Below, in pieces: positions 37,648 to 47,328 of a stretch of 60,791 nucleotides of DNA (position 1 is the stretch's first letter; each line of letters opens with the position of its first letter). The notes beneath the pieces are model-generated. The model worked only from the letters and a program-made list of their open reading frames with translations, did no database searches and was not told where the DNA came from. The stretch is from an uncultured Gammaproteobacteria bacterium (lineage in GTDB: Bacteria > Patescibacteriota > Patescibacteriia > UBA1558 > 2-01-FULL-52-15): the NCBI GenBank assembly GCA_964540995.1, contig CAZIOU010000005.1:1-60791 (forward strand), read 5' to 3'. The translations under genes were made by a program, and so were the position numbers.

Positions 37648-37689
37648 GACCCCAGACTATCTCTCCGGAGATTGGCTGGGGTCTTTTTT
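37648..37689 (+). terminator. Intrinsic terminator
   Basis: gaccccag...ctggggtc (8-bp stem with an extended imperfect inner stem), followed by TTTTTT. Confidence 0.85.
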
Positions 37690-37718
37690 GTTAGCATAGA
37701 TACAATCGCTATGCTCCA

Positions 37719-39194
37719 CTAATTCTTGATTTCAATCGTTTTGTCGCTAAACAACAAAACAAAATGATCTGATCTGTATTTGACGCGCAATTCTGAAAAC
37801 GCAGGATCGATTTTGCCTTGTTCATCAAAAAAGATCGGCATGAATTCAGTTTGCAGAAAAAGATACAAAGGCCCTTCGACATTTACTGATTGACCAGCCG
37901 CTGGCATCTTCACCGTCGCAATAGGCATGTCCGCATAATAACTTAAAGTATCACCTACTGGCCACGCTAATTGATAAAATCGATCGCTCGGCTGTCGCAG
38001 TACTTTGACCGTCTGACCGATGGATTTTAATTCCGAATCAAAAGCGAAGTGCAACCCAGGCATTATCGATCGGCCTACTTGATAACTTATACCAACCACG
38101 AGGGCCATCAATACCACACCGCTAATCAATAACCATCGTCGAGCGAAAGTAAATTTCTGATTAAATATAGTAGAAATAAAGCTAAGAACGCATACTAACG
38201 ATAACGCCATGAAAGGATAAGCCGGCAATATATAGGTTGGAATATGTGTCTTGAATAGTGAATAGAGAATTATTATCCCTAGTGACGACAAGCTAGACGC
38301 CAACCACAACTTCTTAGTCACACTCGAACTACTCCACCGCTTCCAGCTAACAAGGCCCGCTAGCAAAGATAAAATCCATAGCGTGTACCATGGTTGGGCT
38401 AATTTCCCCAAAGTAACAAAGTAATCATACCAATGTGTCGCTTGTAAACCGAAACCTTGGGTTGCACGCTGTAAGACATTAAAGCCCAGATACGTAGTCC
38501 AGAAAGTTTGACCATAAATCGAAGCCTCATACCAGTGCCACGGGACAACAATCAACAGAGCCAAGGCGGTGCCGAAATAAAACCAGCGTGAACGTAGCCA
38601 CTGCCACTGATGATATACGCCGGAGAAAACTAGTAAAATCGGTAGGATGCTAATGGCCGCTACACTCTTGGTCATGATAGCTAGAGCGATAGCAGGAGCG
38701 ATCACCGATGCATATTTCGGTTGCTGCCAACTCCTGATCAACCAATACAACACCAGTAGGAAGAAAGCTATCAGAAGTCCGTCAACGCGCACTTGGCGCA
38801 TGACGATGAACCAATAGGGAATAGTAGTTAGTATTAACGCCGACAGTACAGACCAATGGCGTTTCAGACCTAATTGATTAGCGATAAGGAAAAGTAGCAG
38901 CGCCACAGCCAGAGCTGACAAAACCGAAGGCAGACGATAGGCCCACTCATGGTCACCGAATAATGAGGTGCTGATCATGGCTAACCAGAAATAGAGCGGC
39001 GGCTTCTCTAACCAAGGGTGACCAAATTGTTGTAGCGAAAGCAACGAAGAAGAATGCAACGTATCATGAGTAACTCGTGCATAAATGACTTCATCGTAGG
39101 CGGTCAGCGGTAAGGCGTTGAGCTGCCAAGTTAGAACGACAGTGACAACACTAGCAAGCACAATTATCAACCAATAGGATTTTAGAAATTTCAT
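37719..39194 (-). CDS. GT-C fold glycosyltransferase (GT39/ArnT/PMT_2-like)
   Basis: About 12 TM segments, N-terminal loop YDEVIYARV and EKPPLYFWL, with a C-terminal soluble domain. Confidence 0.7.
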   Translation of the reverse strand: MKFLKSYWLIIVLASVVTVVLTWQLNALPLTAYDEVIYARVTHDTLHSSSLLSLQQFGHPWLEKPPLYFWLAMISTSLFGDHEWAYRLPSVLSALAVALLLFLIANQLGLKRHWSVLSALILTTIPYWFIVMRQVRVDGLLIAFFLLVLYWLIRSWQQPKYASVIAPAIALAIMTKSVAAISILPILLVFSGVYHQWQWLRSRWFYFGTALALLIVVPWHWYEASIYGQTFWTTYLGFNVLQRATQGFGLQATHWYDYFVTLGKLAQPWYTLWILSLLAGLVSWKRWSSSSVTKKLWLASSLSSLGIIILYSLFKTHIPTYILPAYPFMALSLVCVLSFISTIFNQKFTFARRWLLISGVVLMALVVGISYQVGRSIMPGLHFAFDSELKSIGQTVKVLRQPSDRFYQLAWPVGDTLSYYADMPIATVKMPAAGQSVNVEGPLYLFLQTEFMPIFFDEQGKIDPAFSELRVKYRSDHFVLLFSDKTIEIKN

Positions 39195-39206
39195 GCTGTA
39201 TATCTA

Positions 39207-40028
39207 TTAACTATTGCAGGCACAGAGTCTCTTATGACCCGAGGGCAAGCTGGAAGGATTATTGCAGTAAGAAGACCCAGACGCCCGATAATAACAACTT
39301 GTAGTACTATAAATTTTCGGTGACACTGTATGTTCACCGCCAAAGGCTTGAGAAGCATAACATGAGCAGGCAGGTGCGAAATGTTTACCAACCACACAGG
39401 CCGCTGTATCATTCCACGTACCACTAGCATTACAACCGCCGTGGGAAGCACACACGGTAGTACAATCCTGCGTATTATTGGCTGCCAAATACCAGCAATA
39501 CCCATTGGCATCATAGCCACTACAAGCTGGCGGCGGAGCCACATAAGCTGGTAGCGCTAAGTTACTAGCGATTTCCATAGTCGCACCGGCAGTAGCATGG
39601 CAAGAACCAAAAGTAAGACTGTTATTGTTCCTGCGGGTAATATAGTAGCCAGTATCCACATCATGACCTTCGATTGGATCTCTCGGTATTGTCGGAATAT
39701 AAGTTGGCATCAAGCTCGAAGGTATAACACAGTTAATACTCTGGCCGAGACAGCTAGGAGTGCCAGCTGTACCACAAATAACCGCCCTATCACTACTACC
39801 CAAACCGGATAATGAAAATTCCGATGGCATCGCACCGTAGTCGGCTGCATAGAGCTGAATCGCTGCCTGCAATGCTTGGAGGTCAACTTTACGACGACCA
39901 TCCTGACTGTCGCCAATCCTTTTGGCAGGATTGATAGCTACAAAGGCAGCGACTGCTAAAATAACTAAGGTGACCACTGCCACCATCAGCTCGATGATTG
40001 TAAAACCTCGATGCTTAGTCGCCGACAT
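39207..40028 (-). CDS. Type IV pilin-like protein with Cys-rich C-terminal domain
   Basis: Prepilin signal KHRG/FTIIELMVAVVTLVILAV. The C-terminal ~110 aa has ~14 Cys and is homologous to the C-terminus of 52287-53348. Confidence 0.75.
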   Translation of the reverse strand: MSATKHRGFTIIELMVAVVTLVILAVAAFVAINPAKRIGDSQDGRRKVDLQALQAAIQLYAADYGAMPSEFSLSGLGSSDRAVICGTAGTPSCLGQSINCVIPSSLMPTYIPTIPRDPIEGHDVDTGYYITRRNNNSLTFGSCHATAGATMEIASNLALPAYVAPPPACSGYDANGYCWYLAANNTQDCTTVCASHGGCNASGTWNDTAACVVGKHFAPACSCYASQAFGGEHTVSPKIYSTTSCYYRASGSSYCNNPSSLPSGHKRLCACNS

Positions 40029-40059
40029 ACATAGCTATTTTAAATTTCAAGTAACCAAC

Positions 40060-41109
40060 CTAATCTTCCACTCTCGGCTTCTCGAGTAGCACCGTCTCCT
40101 CCAGTTCGCTATCTACGCCTGTAATCCTCATAACATCTTTATCGATCTTCTTGAATTCATTACCCGTAATAGAATAAGTATTTACTACGGTACCGAGCTG
40201 AGCACCTAGTTTCTTGTAAAAGGCGTCATAATTAATCAAATGTTTCTGCAACGCTTCGACATTTTTCTTAATCTCTTTGGCTGACTCTTCAATTTGTAAT
40301 GCTCGCAATCCTTGAAGGACAGTTTGCAGATAGGCTAGAAATGACGTCGGCGAAACAATGATGACATGCTTCTCGCGGAAGGCGTAGGTAATTAGATCAC
40401 GCGTTGAGATCTTCACCGCACCAACTTTATTCACCAGCAAATCATAATAGATCGCTTCAGATGGGATAAACATGAAAGCAAAGTCCATGGTCCGCTCTCC
40501 GGGGCGGACGTATTTGGCTGTCTCGTCAATACGATTCTTGAGATCTTGTTTGAATAACTTTTCAATCTTCTCACGTTCAACAGGATCTGACTCGTTGAGA
40601 ATACGTTCATAATTCTCCAATGAAAATTTGGAATCGATAGGGACGATCTTATCTTTGATAAATACAACCGCGTCGACAATCTCACCATCAGCAAAGGCGT
40701 ACTGCATCTGATAGCTGCCTGGTGGCAAAACATTTTTCAAAGTTTCTTCTAAGAAATACTCGCCCAACACTCCCCGCTGTTTAGGATTTTTCAGAATATC
40801 TTGGAGATTCTTCAGTTGATCAGAAAAATTTAATACCTGTTTATTGGTCTCATCTAGTTTGGCCAGCTTTTCAACTGTGTCGCGGGACAACTTAGAAATT
40901 TCGATAAACTGATCCTGTTGCATCTTGGAATTCATCCCAAACTTCTGGTCCAGCGTCTTATTCAAATCCTGAACCTGATTTTGCAACAGCATCAGGGATT
41001 TATCTTCCGCCGGCTTCTGCATGGCCTGCAGCTTATTCAAAATCACTATGATACCGAAAATCAGGACAGCTACTACAGCGATTAAACTTATTATAATAAA
41101 TATTTCCAT
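40060..41109 (-). CDS. rmuC: DNA recombination protein RmuC
   Basis: N-terminal TM, a long coiled coil, and a nuclease-like core with DFAFMFIPSEAIY. Confidence 0.8.
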   Translation of the reverse strand: MEIFIIISLIAVVAVLIFGIIVILNKLQAMQKPAEDKSLMLLQNQVQDLNKTLDQKFGMNSKMQQDQFIEISKLSRDTVEKLAKLDETNKQVLNFSDQLKNLQDILKNPKQRGVLGEYFLEETLKNVLPPGSYQMQYAFADGEIVDAVVFIKDKIVPIDSKFSLENYERILNESDPVEREKIEKLFKQDLKNRIDETAKYVRPGERTMDFAFMFIPSEAIYYDLLVNKVGAVKISTRDLITYAFREKHVIIVSPTSFLAYLQTVLQGLRALQIEESAKEIKKNVEALQKHLINYDAFYKKLGAQLGTVVNTYSITGNEFKKIDKDVMRITGVDSELEETVLLEKPRVED

Positions 41110-41130
41110 ATATAGAGTGGTACCTAGTAC

Positions 41131-41931
41131 CTAAATTGTAAATAACTCCTGCGCATTCCGCCCTGTCTGCTCCACCACTTCTTCAACACTAATGCCTTTA
41201 ATCTCCGCCACCTTCTTGGCCACTTCAATCACATATATTGGTTCATTACGCTGACCGCGATATGGTTCGGGTGTCAGGAAGGGTGAATCAGTTTCTAAGA
41301 GAATACTTTCAAACGGCACCTCTCTGACAATCTGCTCCAAGAGGCCAGTTTTGTCAAAAGTGATAATACCAGTGATACCCAAGTGATAGCCATGGCTGGT
41401 AATTTCTTTGGCTTGCTCGAGAGTGCCGCCGAAGCAATGAAACACCGCTCGATCAACTTGTCGTTCGGCCAATAGTCGTAACATGCGATCATAAACACTA
41501 TCATCCTGCCCTTTTACTTTGGCTTCTCTGCCATGGAGAATCAACGGGAGATTATTGCTCTGGGCTAAAATAATCTGTAATTCGAAAACGTCCTGTTGCA
41601 AATCTTTGATACGTTGACGTTCGGTCGGATCATCAGGCAAACGGAAATAATCCAAACCGCACTCACCGATAGCCGTGACCAATCCCGTATTGATCAATTC
41701 TTGATAATCAATGGTGGCAAATTCTTCGGCTTCAACTTCACTCGGATGCAATCCAATAGCAGCCAGAAGTGACCCGTGTTGCTGCGCCAATTCAACGCTC
41801 AAACGACTAGAAGCAAAATCAGTAGCCGGCATCACTACCTTCATCTCTGCCTGTTCTATCCTTTCTATAACTTGGTCGCGATCCTCCTCAAACGCTTCTA
41901 AGTTAACGTGTCCGTGAGTATCTATAAGCAT
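41131..41931 (-). CDS. tatD: TatD-family metal-dependent hydrolase/DNase
   Basis: LIDTHGHV, GECGLDY, ILHGRE, FHCFGG and LETDSPFL. Confidence 0.85.
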   Translation of the reverse strand: MLIDTHGHVNLEAFEEDRDQVIERIEQAEMKVVMPATDFASSRLSVELAQQHGSLLAAIGLHPSEVEAEEFATIDYQELINTGLVTAIGECGLDYFRLPDDPTERQRIKDLQQDVFELQIILAQSNNLPLILHGREAKVKGQDDSVYDRMLRLLAERQVDRAVFHCFGGTLEQAKEITSHGYHLGITGIITFDKTGLLEQIVREVPFESILLETDSPFLTPEPYRGQRNEPIYVIEVAKKVAEIKGISVEEVVEQTGRNAQELFTI

Positions 41932-41942
41932 CTGAAACTATT

Positions 41943-42554
41943 TTACTTCTTACTATTTAATTTATTCTTAATCAACTCTAACTGTTCTGGTGAGAGACGT
42001 TTGAGAAATTCATCAGGCGAGAATTGAGCTGGAGTAGGCAGACCAAAGCGAGCAAAGTCCAAAGTAGTAGCCGACTTCATCCAGTCAGGCAATAACATAC
42101 GTGCCCAACCGGAAGCGTTGACCAAACTATCTGACAAGGTAGAATTCTTAACCGATTCCGAATATTGATTGTTGAGCGGTAGAGCCAAGATAAACCATAG
42201 AGCCAAGCCAATCAGTAAGGCGCCTTCAATAATACCCAAGACGCCACCTAAAAGACGATTGACCAAGCCGACGAATGGCACGAAGTTGACGATCTTGTTG
42301 GCGATCCAGAAGAAAACTCCAACGATAACCATCACGACCAGTACCAGACCAACGAAGCCAACAACTGCTGACAAAGCTGGGTTGTGTAACCACTGATCGA
42401 GCCAAACGGCCACTTGTTGTACATATTTACCAGCTGCCCAGACCCCGACCGCGAAACCAATAAGCCAGCCTAAGCTACCAATAATACCAACTTTGAAACC
42501 TTTAAGAAAAAAGATGATTAATACAGCAATGATAATATAATCTACTATATTCAT
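41943..42554 (-). CDS. cvpA: CvpA-family membrane protein
   Basis: MNIVDYIIIAVLIIFFLKGFKVGII.. is a typical CvpA N-terminus, with 4 TM helices. Confidence 0.6.
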   Translation of the reverse strand: MNIVDYIIIAVLIIFFLKGFKVGIIGSLGWLIGFAVGVWAAGKYVQQVAVWLDQWLHNPALSAVVGFVGLVLVVMVIVGVFFWIANKIVNFVPFVGLVNRLLGGVLGIIEGALLIGLALWFILALPLNNQYSESVKNSTLSDSLVNASGWARMLLPDWMKSATTLDFARFGLPTPAQFSPDEFLKRLSPEQLELIKNKLNSKK

Positions 42555-44005
42555 GATATGCGATTAAATAAATTAGTGGGTTTAGAAATTTTGGGTGAGG
42601 CAAAGACGGCGCTAATGACTTCGGCTGTCTGCGGCATAACCGGTGCGATCAGACGAGCGACCAATTTGATTCTACCCAACAAACCAACAAGTACTTCTTG
42701 GGCCTTGGTCGCATCAGTTTTGGCTAGTTCCCAGGGCTTCTCTTGCTCCATGATCTGATCACCTTCGCGTACGATCTGCCAGATCAATTGCAAGGCTTCT
42801 TTGAACTGAACCCGCTTCATCGCTTGATCAATGGCTTCGGCTTGTGGTGCCACGTACTCAGTGATGATAACTCCTTCAGGCACAAATTTCTCTGCCAGAT
42901 GAGTCACGCGGGCGACGAAGTTTCCTAAACCATTAGCCAATTCACCGTTGTAGCGTTCGGCCATGTCACTAATCTTGATATCTGACTCGGAACCGAAAGA
43001 AAATTGCGACAAAATCAAATAACGCGTGGCATCAGCACCATATTGAGTCACCAGAGCATTAGGATCAATCACGTTGCCAATACTCTTACTCATCTTCTGC
43101 CCATCAACGGTGAAAAAGCCATGCACCCACAATTCCTTAGGCAAGGGTAACTTCAAAGCCAATAACATCGCCGGCCAATAGATAGCGTGAAATTTGAGAA
43201 TATCAGGCGCCAAGATTTGAGCCGAAGCTGGCCACCAAGTTTCAAATAATTTATCATCCTGCGGATAGCCGATGGCAGTAATATAATTCATCAAGGCTTC
43301 GATCCAAACATAGATCACCTGCTCTGGATCCCACGGCACCGGTATACCCCACTTGACGGTCTGACGTGAGACAGAAAAATCTGGTAATTCCTGTTGCAGT
43401 AAACCTAAAACTTCATTCTTTCGCGTCTCGGGAAGAATTTTGATACTATCGTTACTAATCAATTCTGTCAGCTGCGGCAACCAGTCTTGTAGGCGGAAAA
43501 ACCAATTCTTCTCTTTCAATAGTTGCGGTGCTTGATTAGGATGCAGTGGACACTTGCCATCAACCAATTCTCTTTCCGTTAGGAACTTTTCACAACCGAC
43601 ACAGTACAATCCTTCATACTCACCAGTGTACAAGACGTCTTTACCAAGTGGCGTAACTGCTGCTCGTAAACGAGCCATAATCTTACCGACCGCTTCTTCG
43701 TGTCGCGGTTCAGTCGTACGGATGAAATCATCTTGAGCAATGTGGAGATTGGTCCAGGTTGCACGGAACTGCTCGGCTACGGTGTCGACAAACTGCTCGA
43801 CAGGTACACCTTGCTCTTGAGCCTTCTGCAATATCTTGGCACCGTGTTCGTCAGTACCAGTCAAAAACCAGACCTTGTCCTTACCCAGCTTCTCACGCCA
43901 ATAGCGACTAGCGACGTCTGCCAACAAGGTTGAATAAGCATGACCGAGATGTGGTTGGTCATTGACGTAATAGATTGGCGTCGTGATATAGAATCGCTGC
44001 GGCAT
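42551..44005 (-). CDS. metG: Methionine--tRNA ligase
   Basis: TTPIYYVNDQPHLGHAY (HIGH), CxxC knuckle (CVGCEKF..CPLH) and KMSKSIGN. Confidence 0.93.
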   Translation of the reverse strand: MPQRFYITTPIYYVNDQPHLGHAYSTLLADVASRYWREKLGKDKVWFLTGTDEHGAKILQKAQEQGVPVEQFVDTVAEQFRATWTNLHIAQDDFIRTTEPRHEEAVGKIMARLRAAVTPLGKDVLYTGEYEGLYCVGCEKFLTERELVDGKCPLHPNQAPQLLKEKNWFFRLQDWLPQLTELISNDSIKILPETRKNEVLGLLQQELPDFSVSRQTVKWGIPVPWDPEQVIYVWIEALMNYITAIGYPQDDKLFETWWPASAQILAPDILKFHAIYWPAMLLALKLPLPKELWVHGFFTVDGQKMSKSIGNVIDPNALVTQYGADATRYLILSQFSFGSESDIKISDMAERYNGELANGLGNFVARVTHLAEKFVPEGVIITEYVAPQAEAIDQAMKRVQFKEALQLIWQIVREGDQIMEQEKPWELAKTDATKAQEVLVGLLGRIKLVARLIAPVMPQTAEVISAVFASPKISKPTNLFNRIS

Positions 44006-45045
44006 TAGGCTATAACTTCATTCTTCTTTGATTGATTAGCATCGCGGATAAAAATGGCGATAACAGTGGTTACTGGTATAGCCAATAAAGCTCCGACGAT
44101 ACCGGCAATTTTGGCACCAATCAACATTGCGATCAAAATAATCACGGGATTGAGTCCAGTGACTTTGCCCATCACTTTAGGCACGATTAAGTTATTCTCT
44201 AACTGCTGAATAATGAAATAGAGAACCAAGACGACCAACGCTTTCTCTGGCGCTTGCTGAAACGATAAGAAAATAGCAGGTACCGCGGCTAATATCGGAC
44301 CCAGATACGGCACGATCTCCAAGGCTCCAGCCAGCAAGGCCAAGATCAAAGCATATTTAACGCCCAAAATCGTTAGGCCTGCATAGGTCATAATAAATAT
44401 CATGACCGACAAGATTACCTGTCCTCGCAACCAATGACCAAGTTTACGTTGGACACGACTCATGGTGTGCATAGCATAGCCCTGGTGTCGCTCCGGAATC
44501 ATGCTCTTGAGGAAATGCCGCATGTTACGCTCTTCGACTGACAGATAGAAAGTCATAACCAACACCAGTAAAAAGGCAATAATGCTGCCGAACACTCCCT
44601 TAACAAATCCGAACACTCCCAAAGTAGCATCGGGTAAGCTGAAATTATCGGTTAAGGTACCGCGCAGATTATAATTGGTCAGAAAATCGCCACCTATTAA
44701 TTGCAATTTATTCCAAGTATCAATTACTTCGTTATAGTATTGGGGGAAATGATTAGACAAAGCCACTACTTCATGGGCTACTGGCCCAGCTACGAGATAG
44801 ATCACGCCACCGAAAACAGACAGTACTAGTAAATAGATAAGGATAATCGTAATGCCACGCGGAATCCGTCGACGTTGCCAAGCATCAACCCAAGGATTGA
44901 GTGCTGAAGCGAAAATGATGGCCACAAATAGTAATCCGAGAATATCACGGATAAACCAGACGAAAAGTACTGCCACCACTACCAATAAAACTTTGAGGAT
45001 AGAAGTTAGGGAAATATGATATTCTGGACGCTTGATTTCCGGCAT
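44005..45045 (-). CDS. AI-2E family transporter (PerM/UPF0118)
   Basis: 8-TM protein with ..EIVPYLGPILA.. and ..ENNLIVPKVMG.. motifs. Confidence 0.75.
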   Translation of the reverse strand: MPEIKRPEYHISLTSILKVLLVVVAVLFVWFIRDILGLLFVAIIFASALNPWVDAWQRRRIPRGITIILIYLLVLSVFGGVIYLVAGPVAHEVVALSNHFPQYYNEVIDTWNKLQLIGGDFLTNYNLRGTLTDNFSLPDATLGVFGFVKGVFGSIIAFLLVLVMTFYLSVEERNMRHFLKSMIPERHQGYAMHTMSRVQRKLGHWLRGQVILSVMIFIMTYAGLTILGVKYALILALLAGALEIVPYLGPILAAVPAIFLSFQQAPEKALVVLVLYFIIQQLENNLIVPKVMGKVTGLNPVIILIAMLIGAKIAGIVGALLAIPVTTVIAIFIRDANQSKKNEVIA

Positions 45046-45049
45046 ACAA

Positions 45050-46321
45050 TTAGGAAGTTAATATTTTAAGAAACTCTTGATCCGAGGTAAAAGGTCCAAT
45101 GATAGCTAGATTACTTCTGTTCCAACGAATAAGTGCCTGCGCGACTTTCCGTACATCTTCTCGGGTCACCGCTTCAATCTTGGCTAATTTCTGATCTTCA
45201 GTCTCGATCTTACTGTGCAGTAATTCTTGAGACTGCAAGAAATAGAGGTAACTACCCTGATCTTCTAAATTCAAGATAGTAGTGCCTTTGAGATATTCTT
45301 TGGCGCGATGCAGCTCTTCGACCGAAACTAAACTGTTAACCATACGGTCCAATTCTTTCTTGATCAGCTTGAGTGCTGGTACCAACCGTGACTTGTCTAG
45401 ACCGGAACGCACATAGAGCGTACCGACGTCTTCATAGGTCTCGGCACCAGCGCGGACAAAATAGCATAAACCCTGCTTCTCACGGATATTGATAAACAAG
45501 CGGGAGCTCATATTGCCACCCAAGATGGTGGACAAAACAGACAGTGCTGGCAACTGCGGATGTTGGGAACGTAGTCCTGGAAAGCCTAGAGCAATCTGCA
45601 CCTGTTCGGTTTCACGTTGGACGATTTTAATTTGAGGCTTGGTCTGATCCAGCTTAATGGCTGGGATCTTGGCTTTGGCTTTGGTGCTACGTTCCAATGG
45701 GAAATATTTATCAGCTAAAGCCATCGCTTGTTTCTCATCGAGAGCACCAGCGATACCAATAATCATATTGCCTGGATAGTACCAGCGTTTCTTGTAAGCA
45801 TAGAGCATGTCACGGCTGACAGAGCCACCGATCGTCTTACGATTACCGATGATGTCTCGACCGAGCACGGTGCCTTGGAACAGTAAAGCTTCATAGACAT
45901 CTTCGATATGCATCAGAGGATTATCTTCGTACATCTTCATCTCTTCGATGATAACTCCCCGCTCTTTCTTGACTTCAGCCGGATCGAAAACAGAATGACG
46001 CAACATATCAGACAACATATCCATGGCTAAGGTGATATGGCCACTATCTGACTTGACGTAGTAGGCAGTACGATCTTTGCTGGTGAAGGCATTGTACTGC
46101 GCTCCAATAGAGTCCAATTCTTTGGAAATTGCTAAGGTTGAAGGACGCTTCTTGGTGCCTTTGAACATCAGATGCTCGACGAAATGCGAACTACCGCTCA
46201 AAGCAGCTGTTTCTTGACGGGAACCGACTTTGTACATTACCTGGACAGTGACGGCTTTGGTATCTTGTTTGGGCGCTAAAATGACGACGCTTCCGTCCTT
46301 ACGAACAAATTTTTTATACAT
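45050..46321 (-). CDS. M16-family zinc peptidase
   Basis: HFVEHLMFKGT (HxxEH) and YNAFTSKDRTAYY. Confidence 0.8.
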   Translation of the reverse strand: MYKKFVRKDGSVVILAPKQDTKAVTVQVMYKVGSRQETAALSGSSHFVEHLMFKGTKKRPSTLAISKELDSIGAQYNAFTSKDRTAYYVKSDSGHITLAMDMLSDMLRHSVFDPAEVKKERGVIIEEMKMYEDNPLMHIEDVYEALLFQGTVLGRDIIGNRKTIGGSVSRDMLYAYKKRWYYPGNMIIGIAGALDEKQAMALADKYFPLERSTKAKAKIPAIKLDQTKPQIKIVQRETEQVQIALGFPGLRSQHPQLPALSVLSTILGGNMSSRLFINIREKQGLCYFVRAGAETYEDVGTLYVRSGLDKSRLVPALKLIKKELDRMVNSLVSVEELHRAKEYLKGTTILNLEDQGSYLYFLQSQELLHSKIETEDQKLAKIEAVTREDVRKVAQALIRWNRSNLAIIGPFTSDQEFLKILTS

Positions 46322-46385
46322 GAAAAATGAGTTAATTCTTAGCTAGAGTATACTGAAAATAGCGAACTTTGGCAATTATTACTGC

Positions 46386-46921
46386 CTAGACATTATTTCT
46401 GTCCCGATGCCAACGCAAAGGATTGGTGAGGATATAATTTTTAACCTTTTCATAGGTTAACTCCTCGACTATAACGCGCTCATAACATGACGGTTGCCAC
46501 TGAAAGCTGGATTCACCGTAATTATGAATTTCGCGGCTACAGCGGCTTTTGAATGATTGAATGAGTCGGAATAAATCAAATTTTTCTGGATTTCCTCCCG
46601 CCTCGGGTAGGCCCTCTACTAGTAGAGGGCTAATATCGTGTGCTCTTTGTCCGCCTTTGGTGGAAGCACACGATCTACCCCTTCGGGGTGGTTAATGATT
46701 AAAATTCCGTGGACATGGTTGGGCATTACAATAAAAGCATCAAGTATTACATAGGGATATTGTTGCGCTAACCAGTACCATTGCTCCCACACAATACACC
46801 CAATAGTATTCAGGGCCATATAATTGCCATGTATGGTGCCGAAATTATGACGTCGATTCTTGGTGCAGATAGTGAAGAAATAGGTACCGTTTTGACTATA
46901 GTCGAAATCAGATAATTTCAT
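46386..46921 (-). pseudogene. IS200/RAYT-type Y1 transposase, reading frame broken
   Basis: The N-terminal frame (from ATG 46921) reads ..YFFTICTKNR..VMPNHVHGILIINHPEG and ends in TAG TAG at 46616-46621. A second frame, open from ~46691, gives ..FRLIQSFKSRCSREIHNYGESSFQWQPSCYERVIVEELTYEKVKNYILTNPLRWHRD and stops at 46386. The total of 536 nt is not a multiple of 3. It contains a 20-bp perfect palindrome at 46611-46630. Confidence 0.7.
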
Positions 46922-46999
46922 AAAAAATAGAACCGCCCCATTAATCTGGGGTGGCCCTGTTTTTGTACCTGACACTATACAGCAATAAAAATATTTGGC

Positions 47000-47033
47000 A
47001 ATAAGAAACTCCCTCGACTATTTGCCGAGGGAG
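47000..47033 (-). terminator. Intrinsic terminator after the 90-aa ORF
   Basis: Minus strand: ctccctcg-gcaaatag-tcgagggag, followed by tttcttatt. Confidence 0.75.
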
Positions 47034-47041
47034 TAATCAAC

Positions 47042-47314
47042 TCAGTAGACATTCTGACCTGGATAAAGCTGTGGTCCAGAGTTGAAGCCACCTTCCAGTC
47101 GAACCGGAATCGTGGCCTGTCCGGGCACATCAGTCATGAAGTCGAGCGGTAACTGATTAGGATCCGTTACCCTTCGCGACTTAAGGTGAGGAGCTTGCTC
47201 AAGGCAGGTTCGACAGATGACGCCTTGCGCTACGACGGAATCGACATCGACTATGAGGTTGACGTCCCTTTGCTCAGTCGAAGTTCCACAGAAGACACAG
47301 GTGTAAGTCGACAT
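47042..47314 (-). CDS. Small zinc-ribbon-like protein, 90 aa (orphan)
   Basis: CVFC...CRTC pairs. GAAGGAGG lies upstream of the ATG. Confidence 0.55.
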   Translation of the reverse strand: MSTYTCVFCGTSTEQRDVNLIVDVDSVVAQGVICRTCLEQAPHLKSRRVTDPNQLPLDFMTDVPGQATIPVRLEGGFNSGPQLYPGQNVY

Positions 47315-47328
47315 ACGACCTCCTTCAG

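Noticed and set aside
39191-39544. 117-aa minus-strand ORF in an alternative frame of the pilin-like gene, with related ORFs at 39597-39812, 39710-39916, 52598-52810 and 52611-52802.
   Set aside because: These are overlapping-frame artefacts inside the Cys-rich domain coding regions. The pilin frame has the prepilin signal and the conserved Cys pattern shared between two paralogs.
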